From Acidimicrobiia bacterium UBA4744 (GTDB lineage Bacteria > Actinomycetota > Acidimicrobiia > Spongiisociales > UBA4744): a stretch of DNA of 64,000 nt. The number at the start of each line of letters is the position of its first letter. Position 1 is the stretch's first letter. Of this stretch, positions 8,800 to 18,225 are shown piece after piece. Below the pieces are notes generated by a model that was not told the origin of the DNA, did no database searches, and saw nothing but the letters and a program-made list of their open reading frames with translations. Made by a program: the position numbers and the translations under genes. The DNA lies in NCBI GenBank assembly GCA_002403855.1, contig DHIO01000026.1, positions 183,627 to 247,626 on the forward strand, given 5' to 3'.

Positions 8800-10962
8800 C
8801 TATGGATGGACCCGTACCCGCACATCGAGCGCAACCGCCCCCGATCCCGGAGCCAGGACTCGGAGCGGATTGATTTCGATCTCGCCGATGCGCGGATGGT
8901 CGGAGACGAGCCACCCGAGCCTGAGCAACGCCTCCTCCACCGCGGCCGCATCGCCGGGCGGAACACTGCGATGGCCGGGCAAGCGGCGCCCGGCCCAGGT
9001 ATGGGCCAGCAAGTACTCAAAGTCGGAACCGGTCGCCGGGGCAAGGGCAAACTCGACATCGGCGAGGCCTTCCACCTCAACACCACCCGAACCGAACATG
9101 ATCAGAGGACCGAAATGGGGATCGCGGATGCCGCCGACTATCACCTCCTGGCCGCTCTCTACCGTCGACTGCCCGTAGATCACAGCAGGGCCGGTCGCGG
9201 ACCTCTTTGCGAGATCCGCCAACACTGCATACGCAGCCCGAATCTCCTCAGGGTTGGATAGCCCCAGCCGCACCGCCCCCAGCGCAGATTTGTGAACCAC
9301 GTCCGGCAGGTAGAGCTTCAAGGCCAATTCTCCGCCCAGCGCGCCGGCGAACTCCACTGCTTCGTCGGCCGAAGCCACGACCATCCCCGGAGGGGCACCG
9401 ATGCCGTAGGCACCGACAAGCTCGACCCCCTCCTCTGGTCCCAGCCAACCTTGAGAGGCGCCGTCCAACAGACCCGCCGCTCTCGACCGGTCGACGTCCC
9501 CAGGTGCAGGGAGAACGTCGACAACCGAGGTGACTGCTTCCGTCCGATCGGCAAGGGCCGCCAAGGCTGCAGCCGCACGTTCGGGAAATGGGAAGTCCGG
9601 AACCCGGGATGCTCGGAAGATCTCGATGGCGTTCCCGACGGCCCGGCCACCCATCACCGCCACGAGCACCGGTTTGGACGACGAGCGAATGACCGGCACC
9701 AGAGCTTCGGCAACCTGATCAGCCGTAAACATCGGCGGAGGTGGAAACACGACGAGTACCCCATCGACCTCGGGAGCCGATACGAGCGTCCCCAGGCACC
9801 GGGCAAAGACCTTCGGATCAGCCGACGCCAGCATGTCGACAGGATTGGCCAGACCCGCTACGTCGGGCAGGGTAATCGCCAGCTCCCGTCGGGTTTCCTC
9901 CGATAGTTCCGCCAGCACCAGACCACCAGCCTCGAGAGCGTCTGCTGCCGCAACTCCCGGACCGCCGGCGTTGGTGAGAACGGCCATGCGCCGCCCCGAC
10001 GGCAGCGGCGCCCAGGCCAGAGCCCGGGCTGCGTCGAGCATCGCCTCGGTGGTAGCCGCCCTGATGAGGCCGGCTCGCCGGAAGGCGGCCTCGAAAGCCC
10101 CCTCTCTCCCGGCCAGGGCTCCTGTGTGAGAAACGACGGCGTTCCGGCCACCCTCGGACCCGCCTGCCTTCAGGGCGACGACGGGTTTCGTCATTCGAGC
10201 GACCTCATCCACAAACCTCCGTCCGCCGGCGACGGTTTCTAGATACATGGTCACGACCCGGGTGGCTTCGTCGACCGCCACCATCTCGAGTGCCTCTACC
10301 TCGTCGATATCGGCTTGGTTCCCAAGGCTGACCAACCTCGAAACGCCGAATCCCTGCCCGGCCGACCAATCGATCACGGCCGCGCAGATCGCGCCGGAAT
10401 GAGATACGAAGGCCACCTCGCCGGGCTCCGGGCCCGGCGGAGCAAGGAAAGTGGTGTTGAGACCCAGGTGGGTGTCGATGATTCCGATGCAATTCGGACC
10501 CAACACTCGGATCCCGAGTTCCTGGGCAATGCCGACACACTCCGCCTCCAGGGCTGCTCCGGTCGGGCCGGTTTCCCCAAACCCGCCCGAGACGATGATC
10601 ACCGCTGTGATGCCACGCCGTCCGCAATCTCTCAAAACGCCCGGTACCAAACCCGCCGGCACCAGCACTACGGCCAGGTCGACCGGATCGGGTACCTCAT
10701 CCACCGCCGCGTAGACCTCCCGTTCGAACAACGAACCGGTGAGATGCGGGTTGACGAAGTGAACGGCGCCGGAGAACTCGCCCCCCGCCAGGTTGCGGGC
10801 TGTCCCGTATCCCAGTTTCTTCGGATCCCCGGAGGCTCCGACCAGCACCACCCCGCGGGGGTTGAAGAAGAGGTCGAGGGTTTGGTCCGCTACGGGCACG
10901 GGTAGGTGCTCCTCCGCTGCTGGCACGCATGGTAGGTGATCAGATGATCGGCCACTCCCCAT
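8800..10962 (-). CDS. acetate--CoA ligase family protein (ADP-forming; CoA-binding + succinyl-CoA-ligase-like + ATP-grasp)
   Basis: VVLVGASGDPKKLGY CoA-binding Rossmann. SHSGA and VSHTGALAG ligase-CoA motifs. C-terminal ATP-grasp. The first ~160 aa of the 881-aa track ORF are Arg/Ser/Pro junk opposite a real + strand gene, so the start was trimmed to ATG 10962 (GTG 10926 is also possible). Confidence 0.85.
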   Translation of the reverse strand: MGSGRSSDHLPCVPAAEEHLPVPVADQTLDLFFNPRGVVLVGASGDPKKLGYGTARNLAGGEFSGAVHFVNPHLTGSLFEREVYAAVDEVPDPVDLAVVLVPAGLVPGVLRDCGRRGITAVIIVSGGFGETGPTGAALEAECVGIAQELGIRVLGPNCIGIIDTHLGLNTTFLAPPGPEPGEVAFVSHSGAICAAVIDWSAGQGFGVSRLVSLGNQADIDEVEALEMVAVDEATRVVTMYLETVAGGRRFVDEVARMTKPVVALKAGGSEGGRNAVVSHTGALAGREGAFEAAFRRAGLIRAATTEAMLDAARALAWAPLPSGRRMAVLTNAGGPGVAAADALEAGGLVLAELSEETRRELAITLPDVAGLANPVDMLASADPKVFARCLGTLVSAPEVDGVLVVFPPPPMFTADQVAEALVPVIRSSSKPVLVAVMGGRAVGNAIEIFRASRVPDFPFPERAAAALAALADRTEAVTSVVDVLPAPGDVDRSRAAGLLDGASQGWLGPEEGVELVGAYGIGAPPGMVVASADEAVEFAGALGGELALKLYLPDVVHKSALGAVRLGLSNPEEIRAAYAVLADLAKRSATGPAVIYGQSTVESGQEVIVGGIRDPHFGPLIMFGSGGVEVEGLADVEFALAPATGSDFEYLLAHTWAGRRLPGHRSVPPGDAAAVEEALLRLGWLVSDHPRIGEIEINPLRVLAPGSGAVALDVRVRVHP

Positions 10963-11086
10963 CCGATCATGGTTCCCGGGGTGGGTTGAACCGCGCTCGC
11001 CCTGATGAACGACTCTTCTTCTCCTCCTAACCGTTTGCTGACAATCGCCGGCGACGCTGGTCACGACGCAGAGAAAGGAGACAACC

Positions 11087-11557
11087 ATGCGTCTCAGGAA
11101 AGCCATTGCCGTCGTCATGCTCGTCGCCCTGCTATTGGTGGCGCTTTCGGCGGTCGCGCTTGCCGACGGCGAGGCCACAGTGGCCGGCAGCGGGTGGTTG
11201 GCGGCTCGGGGCACCGGAACCGCCACGCTCGACATGGGCGGCTGGATCAAGATGAGAGTCCAGGGAGACGTGACCATCAACGACTTCGACGGCAACCTCG
11301 AGGTCCGGGTCGCCTCATCGGAATCCGCCCTGGACCGAGCCGACCCCCGACGCGGGCCCGAGATCGTGCTCGAGGATTTCGACGGGTACCTGGCGGCCAG
11401 AGGTGACCATTTCCTGTTGCGAGCCGACGGCTCGATGAAGTTCAAGGCCCACGGACACGGGTTCGCCTACCTGGAGGGTGAGGGGGTCTACAAGACCCGG
11501 CGCGGCCCCGTCCGCTGGTGGGACGACGCGCTTGCGGGTCTCGACCTGGCCGCCTGA
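11087..11557 (+). CDS. secreted hypothetical protein with internal duplication
   Basis: Signal peptide MRLRKAIAVVMLVALLLVALSAVALA. Two related segments: GWLAARGTGTATLDMGGWIKM... and GYLAARGDHFLLRADGSMKF... GGAGA lies upstream of the ATG. Confidence 0.6.
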   Translation: MRLRKAIAVVMLVALLLVALSAVALADGEATVAGSGWLAARGTGTATLDMGGWIKMRVQGDVTINDFDGNLEVRVASSESALDRADPRRGPEIVLEDFDGYLAARGDHFLLRADGSMKFKAHGHGFAYLEGEGVYKTRRGPVRWWDDALAGLDLAA

Positions 11558-11650
11558 TCGTCCGCAGTCCTTCCCGCCGGTCGGCCGGCCCCTGCCCGTG
11601 ATCGGATCCCGGGCGGGGGCCATCCTCCCGTAGCGAGTACTCTCTGTGCG

Positions 11651-12508
11651 ATGTATGAGCTCGAACCGGTCGAAAACCTTGTTGCGCCTGCTCTGATCGT
11701 CGCGTTTCAAGGGTGGGTCAATGCCGGCAACGTGGGAACGGAAGCGTCAGATCACATCGTGGCCGAAGGCGCTGCCGTTGCCACTTTCGATCCGGACGCC
11801 CTCTTCGACTATCGATCAAACCGGCCCATCATCGATTTTGTCGACGGCCGACTGGAAGAGGTGAGCTGGCCATACCTCACGCTCCGCCGAGCCGAATACG
11901 CCCGCCGCGACGTCCTCGTGCTCAGCGGTAGCGAGCCGGATTGGCAGTGGAAGGCTTTCGGCCGATCTGTGGCCGACATCGCCACAACTTTGGGCGTTGT
12001 CGAGGTCGTGTCGCTGGGAGGCGTCCCCGCTGCGACCCCACACACCTACCCGACTCCACTCCTGACCACCGCTTCCCGGCCAGACTTGATCGGCCCAGAT
12101 GAGCAGCTCCCGGAAGGCCTGCTGCGAGTACCGGGAGCGGCAGTCAACATCGTCGAACGGGCCCTCACTGATGCCGGAATCCCGGCGGTTGGGTTCTGGG
12201 CTCAGGTACCTCACTATGTGGCCGGCACCTACTACGCCGGGGCAGTCGCGCTGATCGACCGGGCGGCTCGCCATCTCGGCATCACCATACCCCTGGACGA
12301 CCTGGTCGACCGGGTTGCCGAACAGCGCCAGCAGTTGGACGCGACCGTCGCGGCCCAACCGGACTCGCAGGCCTATCTGGAACGGTTGGAATCCATGGCG
12401 GCCGCCCAGGGCGAGATTCCCTCGGCCGACGACATAGCCGCCCAGGTGGAGAGATTCCTCCAGGATGCCGCCGAGGGGGAAGAGCCGTTCGGCCCCGGCG
12501 AAGGTTGA
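11651..12508 (+). CDS. PAC2 (proteasome assembly chaperone 2-like) family protein
   Basis: N-terminal LIVAFQGWVNAGNVG. Length and acidic C-terminus are typical of actinobacterial PAC2 proteins. Confidence 0.78.
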   Translation: MYELEPVENLVAPALIVAFQGWVNAGNVGTEASDHIVAEGAAVATFDPDALFDYRSNRPIIDFVDGRLEEVSWPYLTLRRAEYARRDVLVLSGSEPDWQWKAFGRSVADIATTLGVVEVVSLGGVPAATPHTYPTPLLTTASRPDLIGPDEQLPEGLLRVPGAAVNIVERALTDAGIPAVGFWAQVPHYVAGTYYAGAVALIDRAARHLGITIPLDDLVDRVAEQRQQLDATVAAQPDSQAYLERLESMAAAQGEIPSADDIAAQVERFLQDAAEGEEPFGPGEG

Positions 12509-12642
12509 TCACTGCGAGCATGCGTCGGAGGCCTGTGGCGCACTCCGCCGGCCGCAAGAACCGGATGAGCCGCACCCTTTCACCCTTCCGGCCATAATGT
12601 CGGCGACAGTTGAACTCCATCCCGGCGAAGGTGAGGAGCTGA

Positions 12643-14088
12643 TTGAAGGCAATCGTTGTTGGCGCCGGCGGTACTACTCGCGACTTGCTGCGACGTCTTG
12701 GTGACCTCTGGGACGTGACCGTCATCGACACAGATGACGAGCGGTTGGCCCTTGCAGCCGAGGTTCGCAACATAGCAGTAGTTCGGGGGGACGGCTCGTC
12801 ACGAGTCATCCTGGACCAAGCGGGGTTGCGCCAGGCCGACGCACTCGTGGCCGCCTCGAACAGCGACGCAGTGAACCTGGAAGCATGCCGCCTGGGCCTC
12901 GACCGGGGCGTCTTGCGGGTGGTTGCCGTCGCCGCCGATCCTGAACAGTTGAGCGACTATCGGGAACTGAAGCTCCCGGTCTTCTCTCCGGATCGACTCA
13001 CCGCGAGGAGAATCGAGATCAATCTCGAGCCGCGCCGCGTCGACTCGGCTGCTTTCGCTGACGGCATGGCCGAAGCAATCGAGTTCCGCATCGCCTCCGA
13101 CTCGCCGCTGCGGGGACGGGCACTCAGGGACCTCCACTCTGAGAGCTGGTTGGTTGCAGCAATCCTGCGCGAGGGCCGCCTCATCGTCCCGCACGGCGAA
13201 TCCGTCTTGCAGACCGATGACCGGGTCACCGTGGTTGGAGCGGCTTCCGACTTCTCCACGATCGTACGAACCTTCTCGACTGCCGAGGCTCGGTTCCCGA
13301 TCGATTTTGGGAAACACGTAGCGGTGTGGATGGAGAGCGAGCAGGATCTATCCGGACCCGTTGAAGAAGCCTTCACCATCACTCGCAACAGTGCGGCCGA
13401 GTCACTGCTGGTGGTCCGACCCGACCCCGCATCCCTTCGGGATGAGTCTCAAGCCGAAGTTCTGCACCGGCTTGTCGAGGAAGCTACACAGGGCCACGAG
13501 GGCGTCGACGTGGTCATCCGCGATGTAGATCCCGCCCAGGGCGAGGACCTGCTGTCTATTGCCGAGTCCGCCAACGTCGGTGTCTTGGTGTCTGCTCAGC
13601 CCGGCGGTGGACTGCCGGTGCGCAGGCGCCGGCTCGGCAAGCTTCTCAACGCTGCGTCCAGAGTGAACCTCCCGGTGCTCCTAGCCTCCGGACAACACCC
13701 CTACCAGCGGATTGTTGCCCCCGCCCGAGAAACTCCGGCGGGTCGGGCCGCAGGGCGAGTAGCCATCGACTTGGCCGTTCACGCCAACCTGCCGATCATC
13801 GGTGTCGCGGTGGTACCCCCGGCCTTCATTGCCGGAGAGGACGTCAGAGAGGAAGCTCTCCGCGCTGTGGCACGACTCCGGGAAGAAGCGGCCGTCCAAG
13901 GTGTCACCGTGAGGCGCCGAATCCGCCAAGGCAATCCTGTTCGCGCACTTCAGGAAATGGTGGGTTCTGGTGGTCTACTGGTTCTCGGCTATCCGCGCCA
14001 TAACCCGACAACGATGGTACCGGGCATCGTCGGACACGTCGTTGAACGCTCAAATTCTTCCATCCTGCTTGTTCCGTCCGAGGAATGA
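12643..14088 (+). CDS. TrkA-N/RCK-C domain protein fused to tandem universal stress protein (USP)-like domains
   Basis: KAIVVGAGGTTRD GxGxxG Rossmann. RCK_C-like IEFRIASDSPLRGRALRDL...DDRVTVVG. Then two USP-like alpha/beta units ending ...VVERSNSSILLVP. TTG start with GAGGAG upstream. Confidence 0.78.
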   Translation: MKAIVVGAGGTTRDLLRRLGDLWDVTVIDTDDERLALAAEVRNIAVVRGDGSSRVILDQAGLRQADALVAASNSDAVNLEACRLGLDRGVLRVVAVAADPEQLSDYRELKLPVFSPDRLTARRIEINLEPRRVDSAAFADGMAEAIEFRIASDSPLRGRALRDLHSESWLVAAILREGRLIVPHGESVLQTDDRVTVVGAASDFSTIVRTFSTAEARFPIDFGKHVAVWMESEQDLSGPVEEAFTITRNSAAESLLVVRPDPASLRDESQAEVLHRLVEEATQGHEGVDVVIRDVDPAQGEDLLSIAESANVGVLVSAQPGGGLPVRRRRLGKLLNAASRVNLPVLLASGQHPYQRIVAPARETPAGRAAGRVAIDLAVHANLPIIGVAVVPPAFIAGEDVREEALRAVARLREEAAVQGVTVRRRIRQGNPVRALQEMVGSGGLLVLGYPRHNPTTMVPGIVGHVVERSNSSILLVPSEE

Positions 14089-14103
14089 GCGAGGCGTTGG
14101 ACC

Positions 14104-15300
14104 ATGGGCACTGCGATCGACCAATCAGCAGCAACCCTGATCCTCATAGCCAGTGCGGCTTTTGTGCTGCCCCTCCTCGGACGTCGCATTCGAGTCCCGG
14201 CCGTCGTCCTGGAGATCATGTTCGGGGTCATCATCGGTCCCGCCACCGGGTGGGTTGAGGGCACCGAACTGCTCGACCAACTCGGCGAACTCGGGTTCTT
14301 CCTGTTGATGTTCCTGTCCGGATTCGAGATCGAACTGCGGACGTTCGAGCGTCGTGGGATTGGACAGATCACCGCCGGGTTGGGCGTGTTCGGACTGACG
14401 GTGGTCGGGGCCTACTTGGTGGCTACGTCTCTCGGTTACGGACCCTTCATGACCTTCGTTCTGGCCACCACGTCTGTTGGACTGGTCGTACCGACCTTGC
14501 GCGGGACACGGCGAATCTCAACGCCGCTGGGGCAGGCAACCCTGATCTCTGCCCTCATCGCCGACTTCCTAACGCTGCTCGGTGTGACGATCTTCGCCCT
14601 CATCGAGGAGCACGGGGCGGGAGTCCAGTTGTTGGCAGTTCCCGGATTCTTCATCGTGATCGGCATTGCCTTGCTCGCCTTGAGAAGGGCCGCGTGGTGG
14701 TTCCCGGAACGTTTCAACCGACTCTTCGATCTGGACGACCCCGAGGAGTTGGGGATTCGCGCTTCCCTGGCCCTCATGCTGGTGTTCGTCGGGCTCTCAA
14801 CGGTTCTGGGTATCGAGCCGATTCTGGGTGCATTCCTGGCCGGGACCATGTTCGCTCTCGTTTTCCGGCACCGGGGCGCTCTCGAACAGAAGCTGAGTGG
14901 TTTTGCCTATGGCTTCCTGATTCCCATCTTCTTCATCAACGTAGGAATCCAGTTCGATCTGAGAGCCCTGGGAGAACCGGGCGCCATCAGGGACACATTG
15001 GTCTTGATCGGTCTGGCCGTGCTCATCAAACTGGTGGCGTCGCTGGTGCTGCTGGCCCGTCGACTGCCGCTCAGACACGTGATCGCCGCAGGTACGCTGC
15101 TGTCGGCACGGCTGAGCCTCATCATCGCCGTAGCCGAGTTGGGAGTTCAACTCGATGTCATCGACCGGGCGCTCCAGGCGACCATTATCCTCCTGGCAGC
15201 TTTCACCAGTATCTTCGCTCCGGCGATCTTCCGGCTGATCGCCCCGCCGCTGCCGGCTCCTTCGATCCCTGCCGCCGACGACGAGGCTGCCTACCCCTGA
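14104..15300 (+). CDS. cation:proton antiporter (CPA2 / Na+/H+ exchanger family)
   Basis: About 11-12 predicted TM helices and an N-terminus typical of Kef/CPA2 proteins. It starts 16 nt after the RCK-USP gene. Confidence 0.85.
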   Translation: MGTAIDQSAATLILIASAAFVLPLLGRRIRVPAVVLEIMFGVIIGPATGWVEGTELLDQLGELGFFLLMFLSGFEIELRTFERRGIGQITAGLGVFGLTVVGAYLVATSLGYGPFMTFVLATTSVGLVVPTLRGTRRISTPLGQATLISALIADFLTLLGVTIFALIEEHGAGVQLLAVPGFFIVIGIALLALRRAAWWFPERFNRLFDLDDPEELGIRASLALMLVFVGLSTVLGIEPILGAFLAGTMFALVFRHRGALEQKLSGFAYGFLIPIFFINVGIQFDLRALGEPGAIRDTLVLIGLAVLIKLVASLVLLARRLPLRHVIAAGTLLSARLSLIIAVAELGVQLDVIDRALQATIILLAAFTSIFAPAIFRLIAPPLPAPSIPAADDEAAYP

Positions 15301-15396
15301 ACGCCACTGCCGCCGCACCGGCATCTTGCTTGCGCAAGAAAACCCTTCAGCCTGCCTCTCCTCGTTTCCGATCACAGGAGAGACGAGGTTTGAGGC

Positions 15397-15582
15397 ATGG
15401 CAACATACGACCCGGTCCAAGAACTCGAGATCACCGAGCGCAGCTGGCAAGCCATGGCGCGCGAAGCCCGACAACCTCACAACGAACTCCACCGCCGCAT
15501 CATCGATGCTCGCAATCAGGCTCGGTATGACGGCACCGACGCATTGTTGCGCCGCATCACCGCAACCCTTTCGGCCGCCTGA
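15397..15582 (+). CDS. hypothetical small protein (61 aa)
   Basis: ATG preceded by GAGG. Helical, charged sequence with no recognisable motif. Confidence 0.35.
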   Translation: MATYDPVQELEITERSWQAMAREARQPHNELHRRIIDARNQARYDGTDALLRRITATLSAA

Positions 15583-15584
15583 CC

Positions 15585-16310
15585 TCAGGCAGCAGCCTCC
15601 TGGGGGGCCGGCGATCTGGACGAATCCGACCGCACCGTGTAGAGGAATCCGATGAACATCAGCACTGCACCGACGAACTCGCCGACGTACAACGCCACCG
15701 GCACCCCCGAGCGCTGCAAGGCTCCTCCAAAGGCCGGAGCCATGGCGCCGGTAGCAATGAAGATATTGCCGATCATCCGATTGGCGAAGATGCGTTTCCG
15801 CCAGTACACCAGCGCCGAGTAGAGCGCCCCGCCCACCAGCATGAGCACACCGTAGATGTTGAAGAATGGAGTCAACACCCGCACTCCCGGAGACGTGATG
15901 GCCCCTCCACTCAACTCGCCTTCCAGCATCAGTGTCGGATCGAGTTCCGCCGTGAAGACCTTGAAGGCAGCGTAGAGCGATCCGACGGCGAGCAGAGCCA
16001 TGAGGAGATGCGAAACCTTGATGCTACCGATGGAGCGTCGAACCAGGAGGTAGACGGTGCCCTGGCCCAGCCAGGCGGCTACCAGAATCGCTCCGAAGAG
16101 ATACCACAGACGGAAGACCAGCGGACTCCAGCCGAAGAACCCGAACAGCGCTTCCATCAAGCCGCCCACGGCGTACATCACGAAACCGATCCCCCAAAGC
16201 AGCAGGTACGGCGGTCGACGATACCTCCAGCGCTTCAGCACCAGGTAGGCGAACACCGAAGTGATTGCCGCCGACGCAAGCGGCAAGTAGGAAGAAAGCA
16301 GTTGCTCCAC
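15585..16310 (-). CDS. integral membrane protein, unknown function
   Basis: Seven or so hydrophobic helices. GTG start with GAGGAGGG SD that overlaps the stop of the small upstream ORF. Confidence 0.7.
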   Translation of the reverse strand: MEQLLSSYLPLASAAITSVFAYLVLKRWRYRRPPYLLLWGIGFVMYAVGGLMEALFGFFGWSPLVFRLWYLFGAILVAAWLGQGTVYLLVRRSIGSIKVSHLLMALLAVGSLYAAFKVFTAELDPTLMLEGELSGGAITSPGVRVLTPFFNIYGVLMLVGGALYSALVYWRKRIFANRMIGNIFIATGAMAPAFGGALQRSGVPVALYVGEFVGAVLMFIGFLYTVRSDSSRSPAPQEAAA

Positions 16311-16319
16311 GAGCCCTCC

Positions 16320-16424
16320 TCAACCGGTAGCGACGACGTAGATCGCGAACACCAGTAGGCCGATGGCCGCTACCGCCAGCACTGCCAGAATCACAGGCAC
16401 AGACTTGTTATGATCCGTGCTCAC
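16320..16424 (-). CDS. small single-pass membrane protein (34 aa), not in the ORF track
   Basis: GTG start with GGGAGG 6 nt upstream. Translation (M)STDHNKSVPVILAVLAVAAIGLLVFAIYVVATG. Its stop overlaps the SD of the next gene. Confidence 0.45.
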   Translation of the reverse strand: MSTDHNKSVPVILAVLAVAAIGLLVFAIYVVATG

Positions 16425-16513
16425 CGGACACCTCCCGGTCAAGGTCCGGCGAACCTACGTCTCCCCCGAAGCGACTCCAAGTCGGAACCGTCGATCGTGA
16501 ACTCTGGGACGCG

Positions 16514-17356
16514 TCACAACCCGGGCGGACCGTTTCGGATCCTTGCTCGGAACTCTTCGACCGGCTCCATGCCATAGTCACTCGGGCCGACGTGTATCCA
16601 GGTGGCCCCCGCCTCCGCCCACTCTTCCACCGCCTCGGCGGCCCGCCCGGGCTCACCCCCCAGATCGGCATAGGTGACTACCTCGAAGGGACCCTCGCCT
16701 TCACGACGCCGTTCGACATACGTGACGATCTCGGCCAACTCAGCGGGCTCGAGCATCGGCATGTCTTGTCCCGCCTTGATTGGAAAGACTCCATCGAACC
16801 GCGCCGCCCGGCGAAACGGCCGGCGATTCGGCCACATCCCGGCGACCCAGATGGGAATGCGAGGTTGCTGGACCGGGGTGGGAAGGAAGACCATCTCGTC
16901 CAGGCGATAGTGCCTGCCGGCGAAGCTGAAAGGCCGGCCGGTCCACAACCCGCTTATGACCTGGAGGGATTCGTCGAGCATCTCGGCTCGAAGCCTCTCA
17001 TCGACGGTTTCGCCGAACGCCGTGAAATCGGGATCCGGCGGAAAACCGATCCCCACCCCCAAGATGAGGCGACCGTTGCTCAGCTGGTCCAGGGAAACGG
17101 CCTCACGGGCGAGCTTCCACGGCCGCCGGCGGGGAACGGGCGTGACCATGGGTCCCAGCGCGATCCGCTCGGTGGCCGCCGCTGCGGCCGCCAGCAGGAT
17201 CCACGGATCACCGACCACGTTGCCGTCCCATACGAGCATGTGATCCCACACGAACAGGCCGTCCCATCCTGCTTCTTCAGCGTCGACGGCCAGTGCCACC
17301 AACATTCGTGGATCGGCAAAGACCCCGAAGTTGGGGACATTCACGCCCAGCTTCAT
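16514..17356 (-). CDS. LLM-class (luciferase-like) flavin/F420-dependent oxidoreductase
   Basis: MKLGVNVPNFG...AEEAGWDGLFVWDHM N-terminal signature. Length ~280 aa. Confidence 0.85.
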   Translation of the reverse strand: MKLGVNVPNFGVFADPRMLVALAVDAEEAGWDGLFVWDHMLVWDGNVVGDPWILLAAAAAATERIALGPMVTPVPRRRPWKLAREAVSLDQLSNGRLILGVGIGFPPDPDFTAFGETVDERLRAEMLDESLQVISGLWTGRPFSFAGRHYRLDEMVFLPTPVQQPRIPIWVAGMWPNRRPFRRAARFDGVFPIKAGQDMPMLEPAELAEIVTYVERRREGEGPFEVVTYADLGGEPGRAAEAVEEWAEAGATWIHVGPSDYGMEPVEEFRARIRNGPPGL

Positions 17357-17371
17357 CCTGCACCACCTATC

Positions 17372-18021
17372 TCAGAGAGTGATCGACAGCCCGTCCCCCA
17401 GAACCCCTTTCGCTGCGGCAATCAGCACACCCACCAGGACGAGGGTTCCCCACGCCAGCCGCACCGGTTCCCGCCCCGGGCTCATATCACGCGGCTCCAG
17501 CGTCGCCACGATGGTGAACGGGAGAAAGACACCGCTCCAGGGCAGCAGATCCAACGCCTCCGACCCGGTGCCGGCAACAGCAGCCGCAGGGCCAGTATTG
17601 CGCCAACCAGCCAGGCAACAATTCCGGTTACCCCAACGAACGTCAGCCTGCCCCGTCTGGTCGAGAGGTCTTCCGGATCACGGGCGAATGGCAAAAGGGC
17701 CGGTGTCGCCAGGAGCCCGATCCCCAACAATCCGGCCCAACCGAGAACCGTCACGACCCATTGCAGCGCGGCCCCGCCGCGTCTAGCGCCGCGAGTGCCC
17801 GCATTGCATCCGACCTTTCCCCAACCGATGCCCCGGCAAGCGGCAACAATCCCTTCCGGAAACAATGCAAGCACACCCACAGCACCGCCATCCGCGTCAT
17901 GACGCGTTCCCCCCTGGTAGATGCTCGCCAGGGCCCACCCGACCAGCAAGACGAGCACGATTCCGCCCCACCAAGCAGCATCCGAGCCTGAGGCGGCATG
18001 GTTCAACCGCCGTTCTCGCAT
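17372..18021 (-). pseudogene. membrane protein gene interrupted by a frameshift near 17555-17580 (or sequencing error)
   Basis: ORF 17482-18021 is TM-like up to ...ALRLLLPAPG, then becomes Arg/Trp/Ser junk. The overlapping frame (17372-17554, TTG) continues as TM-like ...LDLLPWSGVFLPFTIVATL...LVLVGVLIAAAKG. Confidence 0.4.
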
Positions 18022-18225
18022 CGATCGAAGGCTACCGACCTTCGGGCAGGCCGCCGGGAATGGAAGCCGGACCCGACGTACTTCTTCCCAGAAGGCGATG
18101 TGCGGCCCAACTGCTCACCGCTACCGACCACAGGCTCCAAGCCGCGGGGAAGCGCCCTTCTTCAGGGGCGGAAGCAAGGAAGCCGAGGACACCCCATGAC
18201 CATTATTTCCTGGCAGGCCGACGGT

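Noticed and set aside
10963-11445. The 5' extension of the ADP-forming acetyl-CoA synthetase ORF (the 881-aa version).
   Set aside because: The extension is Ser/Arg/Pro junk. It overlaps a + strand gene that has a clean signal peptide. The conserved CoA-binding domain starts just after ATG 10962.
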